Both the position numbers and the translations under genes were made by a program. Positions 36,371 through 45,894 of a stretch of 64,000 nucleotides of DNA are shown one piece after another. The DNA comes from Candidatus Parcubacteria bacterium (GTDB taxonomy: Bacteria; Patescibacteriota; Patescibacteriia; UBA1558; GWA2-36-10). Where the stretch lies: assembly GCA_018664825.1 (NCBI GenBank), contig JABJNO010000006.1:15157-79156 (forward strand), read 5' to 3'. How positions within the stretch are numbered: position 1 is the first letter of the stretch; each line of letters starts with the position of its first letter. The notes under the pieces were generated by a model. The model did not search any database. It saw nothing but the letters and a program-made list of their open reading frames with translations, and was not told where the DNA came from.

Positions 36371-37837
36371 ATGTTTAAACAAAAACATTTGGATTTTGCT
36401 CAAATCATGATCTATATCATGATAGCTTTTGTACTAGTCACCTACGTCGTACTGGTGGTCTGGTATTGGCAAAACAAAGTCGACAATAGTGGAGAGTATT
36501 TTAAAAATCCACTCTATTGTGAAAGTGTTTCTGATTGTACCTGGCAAGAAGAGTCTTGTAATAATTGCAAATGTCCAGAACCTAGAAATAAAACCAACTT
36601 ATTTGATTTGGACTGTAGTGTTGCAGACGCTAATCCGGTGTGCCTCCAAATATGTGAAACTGGAGAATTGGACTGTGTAAAAAATACCTGCGTAGCTAAA
36701 AAACAAAAAAAAGAATTTGATCAAAAATATCTCGATGATTCTCTGTATTGCGAAAATAAAGAAGATTGTATTTGGCAAACTACTGATTGCGGTGGCTGTA
36801 CTTGCCCAGAACCAGTCAACAAATACAATCAGACCAAGACCACTCTAGATTGCGCGGACTTTGACCCAGGTTTGAGTTGCGAATTGGCCTGTGAACATGC
36901 CAATCTAGAATGTATGAACAATACTTGTGTTGGTGCAAAACGTGGTGACGAAATCTTGGTGAGCTATCCCTGGAAAGACAACTCGGTCCCAAATTCTTTT
37001 ACTATCCGCGGACAAGCTCGAGGGTCTTGGTTTTTTGAAGGAAGCTTTCCTTTTGATATATACGACAAAGATGACAAGCTAATCCTCCAAAGCTACGTCA
37101 CGGCTACCGAAAATTGGATGACTGACGACTGGGTACCTTTTGAAGCTGAGGTAAATATAAACCCTAGTGACAAAAGAGGTTATATAATATTTAAAAAAGA
37201 TAACCCATCTGGATTACCCGAACACGATGATAGTCACTATCTATATATAAGGTTTGCTGAAGCAGACAAATTTGATTACAACCACCTACTAGCCGTACAT
37301 ATCAGCAAGGCCCATTACAAAACTTGGAAATTGGTGTCATATGAAACTATCGACAATGTGCAGATAGAAGTCTACAAACCAGAGCTAGGACTACTAGACG
37401 ATGAAATACTCAATGCCCCAAAAACCAAGACTCTATTTTTCCGAGAAGGTGGCAATTTTGCTACTTATGATGAAGATTATAAACAATCCCGACGAGTAGA
37501 CCCACTGACAGGTCAATGGGAAATAGAAGATAGGGTCAAAGCTATCCTATCCGTAGATATAGGAAATATTTATCAAGATAAATACGAAATTGTAGAGCTG
37601 GAAGATGATTTGCTAAAATTAAAACCTCTTGAATATTTAGACCCAAGCACTTATTGTACAGATGATTCCGAATGTGTCCTTCAGGCAACCTGCTCTTGCG
37701 GTTGTCCTACGGCAGTAAACAAAGAAAGCTACACTGACATACTCTGCCTTCAAGATGAAGAGTTTTGTGATTTGTGGTGCCCTGAGACAACACCAAAGTG
37801 TATAGCCAACAAATGTACTGCTATAAATGTAGAATAA
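36371..37837 (+). CDS. Membrane-anchored Cys-rich protein with a Gmad2-like immunoglobulin-like domain
   Basis: N-terminal TM helix. Three copies of C.W....C..C.CPEP.NK modules (CTWQEESCNNCKCPEPRNK; CIWQTTDCGGCTCPEPVNK; CVLQATCSCGCPTAVNK). Central SYPWKDNSVPNSFTIRGQARGSWFFEGSFPFDIYDKDDK...ENWMTDDWVPFEAEV resembles Gmad2. Confidence 0.45.
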   Translation: MFKQKHLDFAQIMIYIMIAFVLVTYVVLVVWYWQNKVDNSGEYFKNPLYCESVSDCTWQEESCNNCKCPEPRNKTNLFDLDCSVADANPVCLQICETGELDCVKNTCVAKKQKKEFDQKYLDDSLYCENKEDCIWQTTDCGGCTCPEPVNKYNQTKTTLDCADFDPGLSCELACEHANLECMNNTCVGAKRGDEILVSYPWKDNSVPNSFTIRGQARGSWFFEGSFPFDIYDKDDKLILQSYVTATENWMTDDWVPFEAEVNINPSDKRGYIIFKKDNPSGLPEHDDSHYLYIRFAEADKFDYNHLLAVHISKAHYKTWKLVSYETIDNVQIEVYKPELGLLDDEILNAPKTKTLFFREGGNFATYDEDYKQSRRVDPLTGQWEIEDRVKAILSVDIGNIYQDKYEIVELEDDLLKLKPLEYLDPSTYCTDDSECVLQATCSCGCPTAVNKESYTDILCLQDEEFCDLWCPETTPKCIANKCTAINVE

Positions 37838-37842
37838 AACAA

Positions 37843-37876
37843 ACTAAAAACACCCCAAAGTGGGGTGTTTTTTATT
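37843..37876 (+). terminator. Intrinsic terminator (acaccccaaagtggggtgt + T-run)
   Basis: 8-bp GC-rich stem, then tttttattttat. Confidence 0.65.
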
Positions 37877-38098
37877 TTATCGTTTATTGAGTGGATTTTC
37901 TATCTCTTCTTCTGGTTTTTTATCCTTTTTCTCATTTTCCAAAGGCAAAGTGGGATATACTTCTTTGTCCAGTCCTCCAATATACAAAACAGGATCTACT
38001 AGCTCTACTTTTTCGGTAGACTTAGCAGTTCTTGGGCCATGAGGACCTTTTTTGAAGAATGGTTTTTTCTTTTTTTTGAAAAATTTTGCCATGACCAT
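37877..38098 (-). CDS. Small Lys-rich hypothetical protein
   Basis: 73-aa ORF rich in KKKK. Weak evidence; it could be non-coding. Confidence 0.25.
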   Translation of the reverse strand: MVMAKFFKKKKKPFFKKGPHGPRTAKSTEKVELVDPVLYIGGLDKEVYPTLPLENEKKDKKPEEEIENPLNKR

Positions 38099-38208
38099 AT
38101 AGTATCAGAGTCTAAAAAAGCTGTCCAGAGCCCAAAATTGGACTTTTCTTTATCGTTGCATTATAATGAAATGACTCAAAAACAAACACAAAAATCGAAA
38201 ATTTAGCC

Positions 38209-38256
38209 AAACTACATCTTGTGTGCTATAATGATTTCAGACACTACATGTAGTGG
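38209..38256 (+). promoter_or_regulatory. nrdJ promoter (extended -10 TGCTATAAT at about 38224-38232) with two NrdR-box-like palindromes (38209-38224 and 38241-38256)
   Basis: Box 1 ACACTACATGTAGTGg is a near-perfect 14-bp palindrome. Box 2 aAACTACATCTTGTGT matches 12 of 16 positions. Box starts are 32 bp apart, bracketing the -10. The NrdR consensus is acaCwAtATaTwGtgt. Confidence 0.5.
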
Positions 38257-38323
38257 TTTAGTCCTAAATTTTGTACCGTGTTTCTTTTTTTGACCTAAAT
38301 TATTAAGCATAAAAACAAAACTC

Positions 38324-41260
38324 ATGCCTATCAATAAAGTCCAAAAACGTGGTGGACAAATCGAAAACTTTGATTTGGAAAAGCTAATCGCCTCATTCAA
38401 GCAGATACTAAAGAGTATAAACGCAAAAGACAATCCTGTTTCAGGAAAATTAGCCAAACAAACCATTGAATATATAGAAAACAACTACGACGGCGGAGAA
38501 TTTGTCACTACTGACGATATCCGTAGCGCCGTAAATATCGTTTTGTTGGAAAACGATATGCCAAAAGCTTCTATGGTCTACTTTAAGACTAGAGGCAAAA
38601 AAATACAGACTCAACAAACTATTTTCCCCGGCCTCACAAAGGTCCAAAAGCGCGACGGTACTGTCGTTGATTTTGATACTCACCGTATTTACAATGCTGT
38701 CTTAAAAGCTGGAGAAGCAAGTGGTGAACTCGACGAAGAACAAACAAAAATACTAGCCGACACAGCTATCTCCATCCTCGAGCACAAATATGACGAACAC
38801 AATATCCCGACAGTTGAAAATGTCCAAGATATTATCGAAATTTTGCTCATCCAAGGCAATTGGGCCAAAACCGCCAAGCACTTTATCCTCTACCGAGAAC
38901 AACGCAAAAAAATCAGACTAGAAAGAGGTAAACCAATCACTAGTGCTGAGGTCAAAAAACTAGAAGAACTAAGCATACCTCTTAGTAAACAAGCCAAACA
39001 TATATTAAACAATTCTACCAACTTTGATGAGCTTGGCAGAATCATATTTTTGGACAGATATAGCATCAAAGACAAAAGAGGTGATGTAGAAGAAGGTGAT
39101 CTAGTAATAGTAGTCACCAAAGAAGACAGAAAATATCCAAAAAAAGATCTTGGTATCATCAAAAAACTTCACGACAATGATAAGGCTACTCTACATATAC
39201 TGACTGGTGTCTACGCAGACGAAGCAAACAACTACGAATTCAAACAAGCTTTGACCAAGATAGACAAACCCCGTGAATCAATCGAAGATGCTCATCGTCG
39301 TATCGCCAAAGCAGTAGCTAGTGTCGAAGCTGATGAAAACCGTGAAAAATACTTTGAACTATTTTTTGAACAACTTCGTAAAAAACATATTCAACCTGGT
39401 GGACGTATCATGACCGGTGCCAATGTAGACAATCATGGCAACTATACTTCAAATTTGACTTTGTTTAACTGCTATGTCCTACCTAGTCCTCTAGATAGCA
39501 GGCAAGCCATAGTAAAAGACACCCTCCATCAAATGGTAGAGGTGATGTCTCGTGGTGGTGGAGTTGGAATGTCTCTTTCTGCTCTAAGGCCTCGATATGC
39601 CTATGTAAAAGGCGTACACGGCAAATCCTCTGGCTCTGTGTCATGGGCTGGGCTATTTTCCTATGCTACAGGCCTAATAGAGCAAGGCGGCTCACGTAGG
39701 GGCGCTCTGATGCTAATGCAATGGGACTGGCATCCAGATGTACTAGAGTTTATCTCTTCAAAATCAGTAGCCGGGCAAATAGAAAACGCCAATATTTCTG
39801 TGATGATTTCTGATGATTTTATGGAAGCTGTCAAAAATGACGGTGATTGGAACCTAGAATTCCCTGATTATGAAAATCCAGCTTACAAAGATATATATGA
39901 CAACACTTGGACTGGTGACTTGCATGCTTGGAAAGAAGCTGGCTACCCAGTCAAAATCTACAAAACACTCAAAGCTCGTGAAATTTGGAACAAAATCACA
40001 AAAAATGCCCACAGTAGTGCTGAGCCGGGTATAGTATTTATGGAAAGATACAACAAAACTTCAAATTCATACTATTTCAACAAAGTAATAGCTACCAACC
40101 CCTGTGGTGAACAAGGTTTGCCTGGTTGGGGAGTTTGCAACCTAGGGCATATATACTTGGCTTCATTTGCCAAAGAAGTAGACAACGACGATATCGGACC
40201 TATATATGAGATGGACTGGGCAGAGCTCAAAAAATCAGCTCGTATCTTGACCCGCTTCCTAGACAACGTCATCGACCTGACTCCATATCACTTCAAAGAA
40301 AACGAAGAAAATCAAAAAAACGAAAGAAGAATCGGTGGTGGTACTCTAGGACTTGGAGAACTCCTCATCAAGATGCGTTTGAGATATGGCTCTGATCAAA
40401 GCTTGGAATTTATCGACAAGATATACAAAACAATTACTACTCAGATGTATCATGAGTCTACCGAGCTAGCCGCCGAAAAAGGACCCTTTGCCAAATTCAA
40501 TACTGACAAATTTCTAGAATCTGGCTTTATGAAAACAATGCCAGTAGAAGTCCGCGATGCTGTCCGAGAAAACGGTATCCGCAACGTCACTCTGACTACC
40601 CAAGCTCCGACTGGTACAGTAGGATCTATGCTGGGTACTAGTACAGGAGTAGAGCCTTACTATGCTTTCAAATTTTTCCGCCAAAGTCGACTTGGCTTTC
40701 ACGAAGTATTTATTCCCCTGGCCGAACAGTATAGAGTCAACGGCAATCTACCAAAATTCTTTGCCTCTGCTATGGACCTCATCCCCCTAGAACATATCAA
40801 AGTCCAAGCAGCAGTCCAAAAATGGACAGACTCCTCTATTTCCAAGACAGCCAATGCTCCAGCAGACTTTACTGTCGAGCAGACAGCAGAGCTCTACGAG
40901 CAAGCCTATGAGCTAGGATGCAAAGGTGTGACTATCTACCGTGATTCTAGTCGTACCGAACAAGTACTGACAACAGACAAAGATACAGAAAAGAAAAATC
41001 TAGCCTACAACGGCGACAGCAAAAAAGAAAAAGAAGATACACCAAAACAAGAAACATTTGCTGAACCAGCCAAAGTAGAAATCACTGAAATGCAAAATCC
41101 TCTCAAACACGCTGAAAAGATAAAAGAAGAATCCAAGAAATATGGCACCGACGTCGGCCAAGTCTGCCCTCAATGTAAAGAAGGCGTAATGGTCAAACTG
41201 GGCGGCTGTACAGAATGTAGTAAACAGTGTGGAATGAAAGGCGCTTGTGATTTAAAATAA
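38324..41260 (+). CDS. nrdJ: Class II (adenosylcobalamin-dependent) ribonucleotide reductase with two N-terminal ATP-cone domains and a C-terminal zinc ribbon
   Basis: ATP cones KVQKRGGQIENFDLEKL and KVQKRDGTVVDFDTHRI. Catalytic NPCGEQGLPGWGVCNLGHIYL. C-terminal CPQCKEG...CTECSKQC. 978 aa. Confidence 0.85.
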   Translation: MPINKVQKRGGQIENFDLEKLIASFKQILKSINAKDNPVSGKLAKQTIEYIENNYDGGEFVTTDDIRSAVNIVLLENDMPKASMVYFKTRGKKIQTQQTIFPGLTKVQKRDGTVVDFDTHRIYNAVLKAGEASGELDEEQTKILADTAISILEHKYDEHNIPTVENVQDIIEILLIQGNWAKTAKHFILYREQRKKIRLERGKPITSAEVKKLEELSIPLSKQAKHILNNSTNFDELGRIIFLDRYSIKDKRGDVEEGDLVIVVTKEDRKYPKKDLGIIKKLHDNDKATLHILTGVYADEANNYEFKQALTKIDKPRESIEDAHRRIAKAVASVEADENREKYFELFFEQLRKKHIQPGGRIMTGANVDNHGNYTSNLTLFNCYVLPSPLDSRQAIVKDTLHQMVEVMSRGGGVGMSLSALRPRYAYVKGVHGKSSGSVSWAGLFSYATGLIEQGGSRRGALMLMQWDWHPDVLEFISSKSVAGQIENANISVMISDDFMEAVKNDGDWNLEFPDYENPAYKDIYDNTWTGDLHAWKEAGYPVKIYKTLKAREIWNKITKNAHSSAEPGIVFMERYNKTSNSYYFNKVIATNPCGEQGLPGWGVCNLGHIYLASFAKEVDNDDIGPIYEMDWAELKKSARILTRFLDNVIDLTPYHFKENEENQKNERRIGGGTLGLGELLIKMRLRYGSDQSLEFIDKIYKTITTQMYHESTELAAEKGPFAKFNTDKFLESGFMKTMPVEVRDAVRENGIRNVTLTTQAPTGTVGSMLGTSTGVEPYYAFKFFRQSRLGFHEVFIPLAEQYRVNGNLPKFFASAMDLIPLEHIKVQAAVQKWTDSSISKTANAPADFTVEQTAELYEQAYELGCKGVTIYRDSSRTEQVLTTDKDTEKKNLAYNGDSKKEKEDTPKQETFAEPAKVEITEMQNPLKHAEKIKEESKKYGTDVGQVCPQCKEGVMVKLGGCTECSKQCGMKGACDLK

Positions 41261-41270
41261 AGTTTATTTA

Positions 41271-41298
41271 AAACTCCACGAAAGTGGGGTTTTTTTAT
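41271..41298 (+). terminator. Intrinsic terminator after nrdJ
   Basis: ctccacgaaagtgggg, then ttttttt. Confidence 0.6.
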
Positions 41299-41356
41299 TG
41301 GACAAGTAATAAGAGTGCTGATAAGATTTAAATATACTTACTAATTAAATTACATT

Positions 41357-41974
41357 ATGGAAATTTTAAACAACCCCTGGATAATAACTATTGGAAGTGG
41401 CATAATTGTCGCTATATTTTCTTTTTTTATCCTAAGAAAAAAATCTGAGCCTATGCCTGCTAAAAAATTAACACAGGCAGGAAAACACAATCAATCTATT
41501 AATATTGATATAAAAGATGGGGACAACAAAATAAGTATCAACGAACGAGATAAAAATAGGAAAAAACATGACAACCAAATGGATATAGATAATCTAAAAA
41601 AAATAACAAACATACTATTTGTTGATGATGATCCCAATTACATGATTGTCAAAATATTAAAAAAGCAAGGCTGGATAAATACAAAAATTGTTACTGATAT
41701 CATTGATCCGGATAAATTTAATGACGTACATGTATTTTTTGTTGATATAAATGGGGTCGGTAAAAAAATGCACCTCAAAGATGAAGGCATGGGTTTAGCC
41801 TTGCTCTTAAAAGATAAGTTTGTAGATAAAAAGGTTATTTTATACTCTTCTGACACAAATAGAGATATGGCCCATCCAGTCTTCAAAAAAATAGATGGAA
41901 TTTTACCTGCAGATGCTCAAATTTATCAATTTACAAATATACTTGAACAATTTGCAAAAGAGATAAAAATTTAA
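41357..41974 (+). CDS. Membrane-anchored protein with a degenerate receiver (REC)-like domain
   Basis: N-terminal TM helix. NILFVDDDPNYMIVKILKKQGW ... VHVFFVDINGVG ... KVILYSSD follows the beta-alpha pattern of CheY-like domains (acidic pocket DDD, candidate phospho-Asp in FFVD). GC about 25%. Confidence 0.35.
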   Translation: MEILNNPWIITIGSGIIVAIFSFFILRKKSEPMPAKKLTQAGKHNQSINIDIKDGDNKISINERDKNRKKHDNQMDIDNLKKITNILFVDDDPNYMIVKILKKQGWINTKIVTDIIDPDKFNDVHVFFVDINGVGKKMHLKDEGMGLALLLKDKFVDKKVILYSSDTNRDMAHPVFKKIDGILPADAQIYQFTNILEQFAKEIKI

Positions 41975-41976
41975 AA

Positions 41977-42996
41977 ATGTTTTACTATCATCTACTCGAC
42001 AATAACAATGAACTAGTTTTATCTAATCTTCCTCCAGAATTAAAAAAATACTTTACAAAATGTAAAGATAAGAATAAGCTATCACGTTTTAATGGGCAAA
42101 AATGCAGAGAGGGTAAATTAGCTGATGGTACTATTGGAACTGCATATATACTCACAACAGATACTAATGAGGTTAATAGTTCAAAAATCTTCCAAGACAA
42201 ACTAGCATTATATTTAAAATTTATTCAAGAAATAATAAATATAAAAAATGATACTGTAAACAAAATATTACATGAAATAACCAAAATTAACGGCCATTGT
42301 TTACTGGAATTATTTGATATAATACCAAATGATATAAGTAAAACTAAAACTTATAAAAAACAAATTTTAAAAGTAGAAAAACAAATTATAGCCAAAACCA
42401 AGGATACAGCAAAAAGCTTATTTAGCCTACACAGAAAAATATTACACATAAAGACCACTTGCTCTAATTTAAAACTTTTATTTAGCAAAAAAATAACCGT
42501 AGATAAAGAAAGGCACGATATAGCAAACGCAATTAAACCTAGTTTACATGTTTATATTCCACACTTACAAGAAAAAGGTGTACACATAAATGTAAAAGAA
42601 AAAAATACAAAGAATATAAACATGAATTTTGAGTACTTCGAAGCTGCCATGGTACCTCTTTTAGATAATACACTTAAATATATCTTGCATGACTCTACTC
42701 TTCATATTTATTTTAAAAACTCCGAAGAGGGTTTCATAATAAACTTTGATATGATAAGCATGGCCATAACAAAAGAGGAAGAAGAAGATATTATGAAATA
42801 TGGGTTTTCTGGAATAAACGCAAAAAAGAATCAAAAAAATGGTAAAGGCATTGGAATGACTACTATAAAAGATTCATTAAAGGTTAATAATGCTAAAATA
42901 AAGTTTGAAAATAATGTTAATGGAAGAAGAGAAAAAAGATATAAAAACACCACCTATGAAAGGAATATATTTAAAATAATTTTTCTGGATCAGTAA
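41977..42996 (+). CDS. Soluble histidine-kinase-like ATPase (HATPase_c N-box and G2-box present)
   Basis: N-box MVPLLDNTLKYILH. G2-box GKGIGMTTIKD. Candidate H-box HEITKINGH. Starts 3 nt after the preceding stop. Extremely AT-rich. Confidence 0.4.
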   Translation: MFYYHLLDNNNELVLSNLPPELKKYFTKCKDKNKLSRFNGQKCREGKLADGTIGTAYILTTDTNEVNSSKIFQDKLALYLKFIQEIINIKNDTVNKILHEITKINGHCLLELFDIIPNDISKTKTYKKQILKVEKQIIAKTKDTAKSLFSLHRKILHIKTTCSNLKLLFSKKITVDKERHDIANAIKPSLHVYIPHLQEKGVHINVKEKNTKNINMNFEYFEAAMVPLLDNTLKYILHDSTLHIYFKNSEEGFIINFDMISMAITKEEEEDIMKYGFSGINAKKNQKNGKGIGMTTIKDSLKVNNAKIKFENNVNGRREKRYKNTTYERNIFKIIFLDQ

Positions 42997-43290
42997 TTTT
43001 TTATTAAAATCCGAGCTTATAAAGTTTGAATAAAATTTTACAGCAAAATGAAATGTCCTCCGCCAAAAGCGGAGGAATTTTTATTTGTTTGAGGACGTAG
43101 GACGAGTTATAAAAATTAATGGAGTTTTGCTGATACAAATTTATGAAAAGTTTATCTAGCGAGCCGCTTTTTTCTGCTACTTTTTTGGCGGGCAAAAAAG
43201 TGGCGAAAGAAACAAAAAAAAGTACAAGAAGAAAAGCTAGCTAAAGAAAAAAAATAATGATAATATAAAAGCATAAATTAAATTAAAACT

Positions 43291-44028
43291 ATGAAACTAT
43301 TTAAAAACCAAAAAGGATTTAATGACGTAATCACCCTCGCCATTATAGGTGGTATAATTGGCGCCTTATTTATAACAGGCACTTATATATGGCAAGAGAT
43401 GAAGCAGGGCGACAATTTTATAGTCTACAAAATAAACAAAGACTCCGAACCAGTTGAAAAAAAACTAGGAGATTTTATAGAATTTAGCATCCTGGATCTA
43501 GATGTAGAGGCTACCAAAAAATACATCCAAGAAAATAAAACATACAGCCAAACTTATAATATAAATAATGTAAGAAAAGTCATCCATAAAGACTTGGATG
43601 GAGATAGCATAAATGAAGCTATAGTTGAGTTTGACACTGACCCTTATAAGACAAGGGATCTATTGGAGCAACTTAGTAGAAAAATAATCAGACCCGCACA
43701 TGCAGGTGGCTGGCCTACAGCAAGTATCTTTGGAGTATTCAAATATAATACAACAGATAAAATATGGCGCCCAATATACATGGACTATGTTGCTATTGGT
43801 GTTTGGGGTTGTGCGGATGAAGTAGAAGATTGCTATGATGATATAAAAGGAAATAAAATTCCCGAAATAGTAAGAATAGAAATATTAAACAAACAATACG
43901 GAGTGACTCCTGAAAAACCACTAAAGACTGATATCCTGATTGAGAAACAATCTTGTAGCGGAACCACACCCTGCAAATACATACTACATTTTGAAAATTT
44001 AGAATTTACAAAAGAAGAAATAGAATAA
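43291..44028 (+). CDS. Membrane-anchored hypothetical protein
   Basis: N-terminal TM helix LAIIGGIIGALFITGTYIW. No recognised domain. Confidence 0.4.
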   Translation: MKLFKNQKGFNDVITLAIIGGIIGALFITGTYIWQEMKQGDNFIVYKINKDSEPVEKKLGDFIEFSILDLDVEATKKYIQENKTYSQTYNINNVRKVIHKDLDGDSINEAIVEFDTDPYKTRDLLEQLSRKIIRPAHAGGWPTASIFGVFKYNTTDKIWRPIYMDYVAIGVWGCADEVEDCYDDIKGNKIPEIVRIEILNKQYGVTPEKPLKTDILIEKQSCSGTTPCKYILHFENLEFTKEEIE

Positions 44029-44101
44029 AATAATACAATAACCAAAATAGACAAATAAACCCAAAAAAGCTAAAATAGACACATAAAATTAATTTAAAAC
44101 T

Positions 44102-44824
44102 ATGGCTGAAAAAACAAACAAATTTAAAGACTGCTCTTTCTGTTCTGAAAAGATCCTAGAAAGTGCAACAAAGTGTAAACATTGCGGAGAATGGCTAAAT
44201 AATACAGTGCCCCGTCCAGGTGTGACAATGCATGTCAGTGATAAAAACAAGAAAATCGGAATATTTTGGCTAGTCGCTCCCACCCTATCCATGGTAATGG
44301 TTTTGATGTTGTATGCTATTGCTAAATTTGCCTTTGGAGTAAATAACCCAGAAGAAATGACAACAACAATGGGAATAATCAATGTTGTCCTAGGATTCAT
44401 GGGTATAATATCTACCTTTGGAATACTCGCCGGAATACCAATAGGCATTGTCTTCCTAACCAAAAAAACTCCCGTAGACCCGAATATAAAATTTGACTCT
44501 CGTAGTGGTAAAGGTGATCTGTCAGAAATACCAGCCGAAATTCATGGCTGGAGCTGGGGAGCCGCAGGACTTACTTGGCTTTGGGGAATTAGCAATGGTG
44601 TCTGGCTTTCTCTTTTGATGTTTATCCCTTATTTTGGATTGATCTGGTGGATTGTCTTGGGTATAAAAGGAAACGAGTGGGCCTGGAAAGCAAGGCCATG
44701 GACAAGTACCGCTGAATTTATTGCCCATCAAAACAAATGGAAAATATGGGGAATTATAGTTTTCTTTTTACCATTACTGATGCTACTTATAAATATTCTC
44801 GTAGTAATAGCCGCTTTTTCATAA
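44102..44824 (+). CDS. Zinc-ribbon-fronted polytopic membrane protein
   Basis: CSFCSEKILESATKCKHCGEW zinc ribbon, then about 5 TM helices. Confidence 0.45.
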   Translation: MAEKTNKFKDCSFCSEKILESATKCKHCGEWLNNTVPRPGVTMHVSDKNKKIGIFWLVAPTLSMVMVLMLYAIAKFAFGVNNPEEMTTTMGIINVVLGFMGIISTFGILAGIPIGIVFLTKKTPVDPNIKFDSRSGKGDLSEIPAEIHGWSWGAAGLTWLWGISNGVWLSLLMFIPYFGLIWWIVLGIKGNEWAWKARPWTSTAEFIAHQNKWKIWGIIVFFLPLLMLLINILVVIAAFS

Positions 44825-44842
44825 AAAATCAATTTAAAATAA

Positions 44843-44876
44843 AAACCCCCTATTTTCATAGGGGGTTATTTTTTTA
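44843..44876 (+). terminator. Bidirectional terminator (aaccccct-attttcat-agggggtt)
   Basis: 8-bp stem flanked by A and T runs. Marks the left edge of a GC-rich island. Confidence 0.65.
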
Positions 44877-45149
44877 TACTTTTTTCAAAGTTTCGAGAAT
44901 ACGCTGAGGGACAAAACAGATTTCGTCGGCTTGGCTACGCACCCAAAGCACGGGGTCGCTGTGATTTACACAATCACATCGCATACCTTCGGGTATAGGC
45001 GCTGCTCCCAGCACAGTAGCTGGCTTGTCCATGTGCTCCTCAGGAGCAATCTGATCGCCGGCTTCAAAGCCAAACTGACTACAAGCCTCAGTATCGACCT
45101 CGATTGTTCCCCCGCCATCTTGCAGGGTGATTGTTTGCATCTTCGGCAT
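44874..45149 (-). CDS. Hypothetical protein in GC-rich island
   Basis: 91-aa ORF, GC about 52%. Contains CDCVNH. Third gene of a three-gene minus-strand set. Confidence 0.4.
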   Translation of the reverse strand: MPKMQTITLQDGGGTIEVDTEACSQFGFEAGDQIAPEEHMDKPATVLGAAPIPEGMRCDCVNHSDPVLWVRSQADEICFVPQRILETLKKV

Positions 45150-45172
45150 TACAAAACCTCCGTTTGTTTTGG

Positions 45173-45361
45173 TTACTTCTTTTTGGGTGGATAAACCGCG
45201 TTGTAACTTTTACGACCATTCTCATAAAAAACACCACGCCTCGCAATCAACAAAGCACCTTGAGCCTCTGGATTGAGATGCTCAAAAGCCACTTGGCTAG
45301 TTGGAATGTCCTTGTGCTGAGGACGCAGATCTTCTCGGTCAAACTCTACCTTCATAATCAA
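45173..45361 (-). CDS. Hypothetical small protein in GC-rich island
   Basis: 62 aa. Overlaps the upstream gene by 4 nt. Confidence 0.35.
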   Translation of the reverse strand: MIMKVEFDREDLRPQHKDIPTSQVAFEHLNPEAQGALLIARRGVFYENGRKSYNAVYPPKKK

Positions 45362-45567
45362 GCCTCTTCCTTTGGGTAGCTCTCAAGAATCCTCGCCCAG
45401 CCCCAATGGCTAGGATTTTCTAAAACAATATCCTCAATAGTCTCTCTTAGGGTGGGTGGTTCCTCTTTGAGATCGATGGTAAATCCAAGGGCAAACAAGC
45501 AAAGCAAGGCAACCCAGGAAATGACGAATCTCTTTGAACTCATATTATTCTCCTTGTTAGGGTACAA
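45358..45567 (-). CDS. Hypothetical small secreted/membrane protein in GC-rich island
   Basis: N-terminal hydrophobic segment FVISWVALLCLFALGF. Confidence 0.35.
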   Translation of the reverse strand: MYPNKENNMSSKRFVISWVALLCLFALGFTIDLKEEPPTLRETIEDIVLENPSHWGWARILESYPKEEA

Positions 45568-45732
45568 AAAACTACATTAGACAATACAATATTTCATGTA
45601 TTTTGTCAATATATAGCCTAAAAAAGCCTTTCTTTTGTAAAAAACAAGAAAAAACTTGATAAAAGGTTAAATCTATTATAATCTACCCTTAGTCCTTTAA
45701 AACTCATAGGAAAATAAACAAAGGAGATAAAG

Positions 45733-45894
45733 ATGGGCAATAAAGGAGCCTCCCCCGAATTTGTAAGGCAAGCCCGCGAAATCTCTGACCGCGCCAACAT
45801 GCGTCAAGCTGGCTATGGCCCTGGCGGACCTTCTCCTAGGCCTCCAATCCAAAGATCGCTCTGGCGTAAATTTCTCGACAGACTCTTTTCCTAA
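45733..45894 (+). CDS. Small protein (53 aa) with strong SD, not in the ORF track
   Basis: aaaggagataaagATG. Sequence MGNKGASPEFVRQAREISDRANMRQAGYGPGGPSPRPPIQRSLWRKFLDRLFS, hand-translated. A TTGATA...TATAAT promoter lies about 55 nt upstream. Followed by the terminator aagagggaac-tacg-gttccctctt + T6. The track's antisense ORF 45697..45900 is probably spurious. Confidence 0.45.
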   Translation: MGNKGASPEFVRQAREISDRANMRQAGYGPGGPSPRPPIQRSLWRKFLDRLFS

